Positions 60,151-64,000 of a stretch of DNA of 64,000 bases are shown here, piece by piece (the first letter of the stretch is position 1; the number at the start of each line of letters is the position of its first letter). Below the pieces are notes generated by a model. The model was not told where the DNA came from. It saw only the letters and a program-made list of their open reading frames with translations, and did not search any database. The position numbers and the translations under genes were made by a program. Origin of the DNA: Luminiphilus sp. (GTDB lineage: Bacteria; Pseudomonadota; Gammaproteobacteria; Pseudomonadales; Halieaceae); contig DAIRTN010000004.1 in assembly GCA_036803865.1 (NCBI GenBank), positions 67,604 through 131,603 on the forward strand. Direction: 5' to 3'.

Positions 60151-61029
60151 CTACTCCCCACCCGCCTCGCGTCGATTTTTCCAACGTCCGCGGAAATTCA
60201 ATACAGCGTCAATCACAACAATACCGAGCAACGCCAACTTAACTGGATCGATAACCAGCCAAAGCAAATACAATGCAGTCAGCCAACCTGTACCCTGTCC
60301 AGCTACTGCGGCACGCGCGTGAACCAGCGCAAAGCCACAAAACATTAATGGCACCGCTGCAACCGCCGCCCAACCCGTGTAATCGGGCAGTGCAAACCAA
60401 AGAACCAGAGCCAATATCGTCAAGCCCAAAGTCCAGTGAGGTGGCAGACGCAATTCATGAAATTCTCGTCTAAACCCACCCGGGTTGTACAACAACGCTT
60501 GCCAATAACGGCCCAACAACAAACTGAGCACTGTCATCGCACTGTTTCCCGCCGCGAGCATGCCCGCGATTTGAACTGTGCTAGGACGGTCGAGACTTAC
60601 CTCGACAGCACCGTCTGTCTGTAACCCGGCTTCGAGCTGGGTAATGACCGTGTTGAAGACTTCGACCAGCTGCTGCAAAAACTCGGTGCTGAACAACAAG
60701 AGTGCAGCACCACTAGCGAAACCTACCAAAACTGACACTACCACCGCTAACGGCAGACTTACCGACTCGCGCAACGTTGCCGCGAGACAAAAGGTACCAA
60801 GAAGCAGTAAAACACTCCCTGAATCCCCACTAAACCAAGCGATCAACCCCGCCGGCAATAAAGCCCACAGCGTTAGCCACATTCCCTCAGTCCACCCCTT
60901 ACGAAGCGTGACGAGGGCAACTGCAGACGCGCTAATCCAGCCAAAAAGAAGCGATCCTGCTCCCAATGCTGCGACCGCCAGCGCCTGCCAGCGACCACGC
61001 ATGATGAATTCTGCGAGGCCGCGCATCAT
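60151..61029 (-). CDS. Polytopic inner-membrane protein of unknown function between rpsR and rplI
   Basis: 292 aa with about 7-8 hydrophobic segments. A membrane-protein gene occupies the same rpsR-rplI slot in Pseudomonas-type genomes, as I recall. Confidence 0.6.
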   Translation of the reverse strand: MMRGLAEFIMRGRWQALAVAALGAGSLLFGWISASAVALVTLRKGWTEGMWLTLWALLPAGLIAWFSGDSGSVLLLLGTFCLAATLRESVSLPLAVVVSVLVGFASGAALLLFSTEFLQQLVEVFNTVITQLEAGLQTDGAVEVSLDRPSTVQIAGMLAAGNSAMTVLSLLLGRYWQALLYNPGGFRREFHELRLPPHWTLGLTILALVLWFALPDYTGWAAVAAVPLMFCGFALVHARAAVAGQGTGWLTALYLLWLVIDPVKLALLGIVVIDAVLNFRGRWKNRREAGGE

Positions 61030-61035
61030 CTAACC

Positions 61036-61263
61036 TTACTGGTGTGCATCCGTGTAAGGCAACAAAGCAAGGTAACGTGCGCGCTTGATAGCTGTTGCCA
61101 GCTGGCGCTGATACTTCGCCTTGGTACCCGTGATACGGCTAGGAACAATCTTGCCGGTCTCACTAACGTACTGCTTAAGGATTTCGAGATCTTTATAATC
61201 GATCTCTTTAACGCCTTCGGCAGTAAAGCGGCAGAACTTACGTCGTCGGAAAAAACGTGACAT
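61036..61263 (-). CDS. rpsR: 30S ribosomal protein S18
   Basis: 75 aa with N-terminus [25 protein letters not shown]. Confidence 0.96.
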   Translation of the reverse strand: MSRFFRRRKFCRFTAEGVKEIDYKDLEILKQYVSETGKIVPSRITGTKAKYQRQLATAIKRARYLALLPYTDAHQ

Positions 61264-61266
61264 GAA

Positions 61267-61713
61267 TTAATCCTCGCTGCTTTCGCCAGCGTCATCTGAA
61301 TCATCGCTGGAGGTGTTGGATTCTTGAGTAGGCTCTGACGACGCTTCAGGTGCTTGTCGCTCCTGATAACGTGACTTGCGCTCACGATCTTCTTTCTCTG
61401 CCTTCATGATCAGAGACTCGTCCGTTACCGCATCGTCGCGACGAATCACGAGGTTACGGATAACGGCATCGTTATAGCGGAAAGTCGTTGTCAGCTCTTC
61501 CATCGCTTCGTTAGAAGCTTCGACATTCATCAGAATGTAGTGAGCCTTATGAACTTTGTTGATGTGGTAAGCCAACTGACGTCGACCCCAATCTTCGAGA
61601 CGATGAACCTGGCCGCCATCTTTGGTGATGACGGTAGTGTATCGCTCAATCATACCTGGAACTTGTTCAGACTGGTCGGGATGGACCATGAACACAACTT
61701 CGTAGTGTCGCAC
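61267..61713 (-). CDS. rpsF: 30S ribosomal protein S6 (extended acidic C-terminal tail)
   Basis: GTG start with AAGGAG 7 nt upstream. (M)[24 protein letters not shown] matches S6. 148 aa, ending ...[14 protein letters not shown]. Confidence 0.95.
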   Translation of the reverse strand: MRHYEVVFMVHPDQSEQVPGMIERYTTVITKDGGQVHRLEDWGRRQLAYHINKVHKAHYILMNVEASNEAMEELTTTFRYNDAVIRNLVIRRDDAVTDESLIMKAEKEDRERKSRYQERQAPEASSEPTQESNTSSDDSDDAGESSED

Positions 61714-61812
61714 TCGCGAACTCCTTTCGGGTTAATGCCGCCCATCTGGCTAAAACAGTGGTGCGACAAGGAGAATGACCCACACAGGGCCGGCTAATTT
61801 TTAAGATCGCGG

Positions 61813-61841
61813 AGTCTACAGCCGCTAGTGTAGGTTTGCAA
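61813..61841 (-). promoter_or_regulatory. Candidate promoter of the rpsF operon
   Basis: The minus strand reads TTGCAA (61841-61836), a 17-nt spacer, then TAGACT (61818-61813), about 95 nt upstream of the rpsF start. Confidence 0.3.
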
Positions 61842-61871
61842 TTGTGAATTGTAGCCCTCTATTGCCACGCT

Positions 61872-62618
61872 CTAGGCGATGCCGCGTTGGCGCACAATCT
61901 CAAACAGGCACACACCAGTAGCTACAGAGACATTTAAGCTCGACACTGTTCCAGCCATTGGTAGTTTCACTAAATAATCGCAATGTTCGGTAGTCAGTCG
62001 ACGCATACCGTCACCCTCAGCGCCCATGACCAGCACAGTAGGTCCGGTCATATCAACATCGTAGATAAACTGTTCAGCGTCGCCAGAGGTGCCGACAATC
62101 CACGCCCCCGCTCCCTGCAAGGCCAACAGCGTGCGTGCTAGATTCGTCACCGGGACGAGCGGTATTACTTCGGCAGCGCCACAGGCGACTTTACTCACCA
62201 CCGCATTAACGTCGGCGCTGTTATTTTTCGGGACGACAACCGCGTGCACACCAGCGGCATCGGCGCTTCGTAAACAGGCTCCCAAATTATGAGGATCGGT
62301 GACGCCGTCTAAGACTAAGAGTAAATTAAACCGACCGCTGGCTACGCTCGCCACTAACGAGGCCTCGGTGAGCACCTCAGCGACCGCTTCATCACCTTGC
62401 ACACTGACCGCAATTCCTTGATGACGCCCATCGATCTCCATGTCGAGCTGATAACGCTCGACACGGGTAACTGCGACACCTTGGGTCTGTGCCAACGCCT
62501 CGACTTCCTGAGCTCGCTTATCGCGCCGGTTACTAGCCAGCCACAAAGCGGTAATCCGCTCGGGACTGCGCTTAATAACGCCTTCAACCGCGTGAAAACC
62601 GTAAATCCACTCGCTCAA
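61872..62618 (-). CDS. rlmB: 23S rRNA (guanosine-2'-O-)-methyltransferase RlmB (SpoU/TrmH family)
   Basis: 248 aa. Its TTG start overlaps the rnr stop (TTGA). It carries the SPOUT motifs LVLDGVTDPHNLGACLRSA and LNVSVATG, and follows rnr as in many gammaproteobacteria. Confidence 0.88.
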   Translation of the reverse strand: MSEWIYGFHAVEGVIKRSPERITALWLASNRRDKRAQEVEALAQTQGVAVTRVERYQLDMEIDGRHQGIAVSVQGDEAVAEVLTEASLVASVASGRFNLLLVLDGVTDPHNLGACLRSADAAGVHAVVVPKNNSADVNAVVSKVACGAAEVIPLVPVTNLARTLLALQGAGAWIVGTSGDAEQFIYDVDMTGPTVLVMGAEGDGMRRLTTEHCDYLVKLPMAGTVSSLNVSVATGVCLFEIVRQRGIA

Positions 62619-64000
62619 GACTTACGTCCTCGTTTACCTTTAGGCCCCGAAGGCTTAGATTTTCCTGGCTTGGCGGGTTTCGCTACTTCAGCCACCCCAC
62701 CTTTTCCCCGACCTCGCTTGCTAGCCTTTGCATCGGCTTTCCTCGCGGGTTTCCCAGCCGATTTCCCAGGTGACTTTCGTCGCCCAGAAGGCTTGCCTTT
62801 GGCATCTGCGGTATTTTTAGTCGATGGGAGCTCATCCATTTCCAAATCGATCTTGCGCTCATCCAAGTCGACACGTGCCACCTTGACTGTGACCGCTCCC
62901 CCCAACTGGAATACACGCCGAGTATGCTCGCCGATCAAACGCTGTTTTGACTGGTCGAAGTGGTAGTAATCCCCAGGTAGGGCACTGATATGCACCAAGC
63001 CTTCGATATACAAATCCACGAGCTCAACAAAAATGCCAAAGCCCGTTACCGCGGCGATAACACCCGAGTAAACCCCACCCACTTTGTCGCGCAAAAACTC
63101 GCACTTAAGCCAAGCCTCCACTTCTCGAGTGGCATCATCGGCACGCCTCTCGGTCATAGAGCATTGCTCGCCAAGCATCACAATATCGCCAAACGAGTAA
63201 GGGTAAATAAGTTCCTTCTTGAGCACGCCCGCACCTTCAACTCGCTGCAGTTGCGCACACGTTTTACGTGAGCGAATTAAATGGCGAATCGCGCGGTGCA
63301 CCAACAGGTCAGGGTAACGACGGATGGGAGACGTGAAATGTGCATAGGCTGGGTAATGCAGACCAAAGTGGCCCTTGTTCTCAGGTGCATAGACCGCTTG
63401 GCTCAGTGAACGCAGCATCATGGTCTGAATCACCGTGGCATCGGGGCGCTCCTCAATCTGTGCCAACACTGATTGATAGTCAGCGGGGGTAGGCGCGTCG
63501 CCTCCCGGCAAATCTAAGGCGAGCTCGCCTAGAAAGCCGCGTAGGTTCTCGAGTCGCTCGGCACTGGGCCCATCATGGACTCGAAACAGCGCAGGCAACT
63601 CCGACTGCTCCAATAAATTGGCGGTAGCAACGTTGGCGGCCAACATGCACTCTTCAATCAGCTTGTGCGCGTCATTTCGATGAACCGGTGTGATGGACTC
63701 TATCTTGCGATCATCGTTAAAAATAATTCGGGTTTCGACAGTCTCAAAATCGATTGCACCGCGGCGCTCACGAGCAGCACGTAAAGCATGGTACAGGGCA
63801 TGCAGCCTCAGCAAATCGTCGTAGCGCTCTGCGGGAACATCGTCATGCCAACCCTGCTCAAGAACCTCACCCACTTGGGTATACGTGAGGCGCGCGTGAG
63901 AATGAATGACGGCTTCATAAAAACAGCTATCAGTAACCTGACCATCCGCGCCAATCTCAAGCTCTGCAACCATGGCAAGTCGGTCAACATGCGGCTTTAA
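62615..64000 (-). CDS. rnr: Ribonuclease R (C-terminal part; the gene continues past the window end)
   Basis: The frame stays open to position 64000. It contains the RNB-domain C-terminal part (HFGLHYPAYAHFTSPIRRYPDLLVHR), an S1 domain, and a Lys/Arg/Gly-rich basic tail. Confidence 0.9.
   Translation of the reverse strand, partial: LKPHVDRLAMVAELEIGADGQVTDSCFYEAVIHSHARLTYTQVGEVLEQGWHDDVPAERYDDLLRLHALYHALRAARERRGAIDFETVETRIIFNDDRKIESITPVHRNDAHKLIEECMLAANVATANLLEQSELPALFRVHDGPSAERLENLRGFLGELALDLPGGDAPTPADYQSVLAQIEERPDATVIQTMMLRSLSQAVYAPENKGHFGLHYPAYAHFTSPIRRYPDLLVHRAIRHLIRSRKTCAQLQRVEGAGVLKKELIYPYSFGDIVMLGEQCSMTERRADDATREVEAWLKCEFLRDKVGGVYSGVIAAVTGFGIFVELVDLYIEGLVHISALPGDYYHFDQSKQRLIGEHTRRVFQLGGAVTVKVARVDLDERKIDLEMDELPSTKNTADAKGKPSGRRKSPGKSAGKPARKADAKASKRGRGKGGVAEVAKPAKPGKSKPSGPKGKRGRKS

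Overview
Core-genome window of a gammaproteobacterium. The gene order resembles Pseudomonas/Cellvibrionales-type genomes, but this taxonomic guess is an inference only. Positions 1-29.2 kb are all on the minus strand: the spc operon (rpmJ partial, secY to rplN), the S10 operon, the str operon (rpsL-rpsG-fusA-tufA), rpoB-rpoC, rplKAJL, secE-nusG, tRNA-Trp, tufB and its tRNA-Tyr/Gly/Thr leader genes. At 29.3-38.8 kb there is an SDR gene wedged between tRNA genes, then coaX-birA, a small membrane protein-Kef-type antiporter-ogt chain, a DUF465 gene, cysQ, a yrfG-like HAD gene, hslR, a GGDEF protein and an SGNH-like protein. At 38.8-49 kb lie dxs-xseB-ispA, then pgpA-thiL-nusB-ribH-ribBA-ribE-ribD-nrdR-glyA. 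At 49-54.7 kb lie ugd, a rimK cluster and ettA. At 54.9-64 kb lie radA, a DnaT/lambda-O-like plus lambda-P-like gene pair tail-to-tail with dnaB, then rplI, a membrane protein, rpsR, rpsF, rlmB and rnr (partial). I found no CRISPR array, IS element, integrase or toxin-antitoxin/defence locus. The most interesting items are: (1) a phage-type O/P (DnaT-like plus helicase-loader-like) module in a purely core context next to dnaB. (2) A rimK cluster with two candidate tail-trimming enzymes, together with an unusually long acidic S6 tail. (3) A rib-operon RibBA homolog whose DHBP-synthase and GTP-cyclohydrolase-II signature motifs both look degenerate. (4) A protein-coding gene embedded in the tRNA-tufB operon, with a 21-nt stop-codon-spanning tandem repeat. 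All calls come from reading the sequence and ORF translations by eye; no database search was run.
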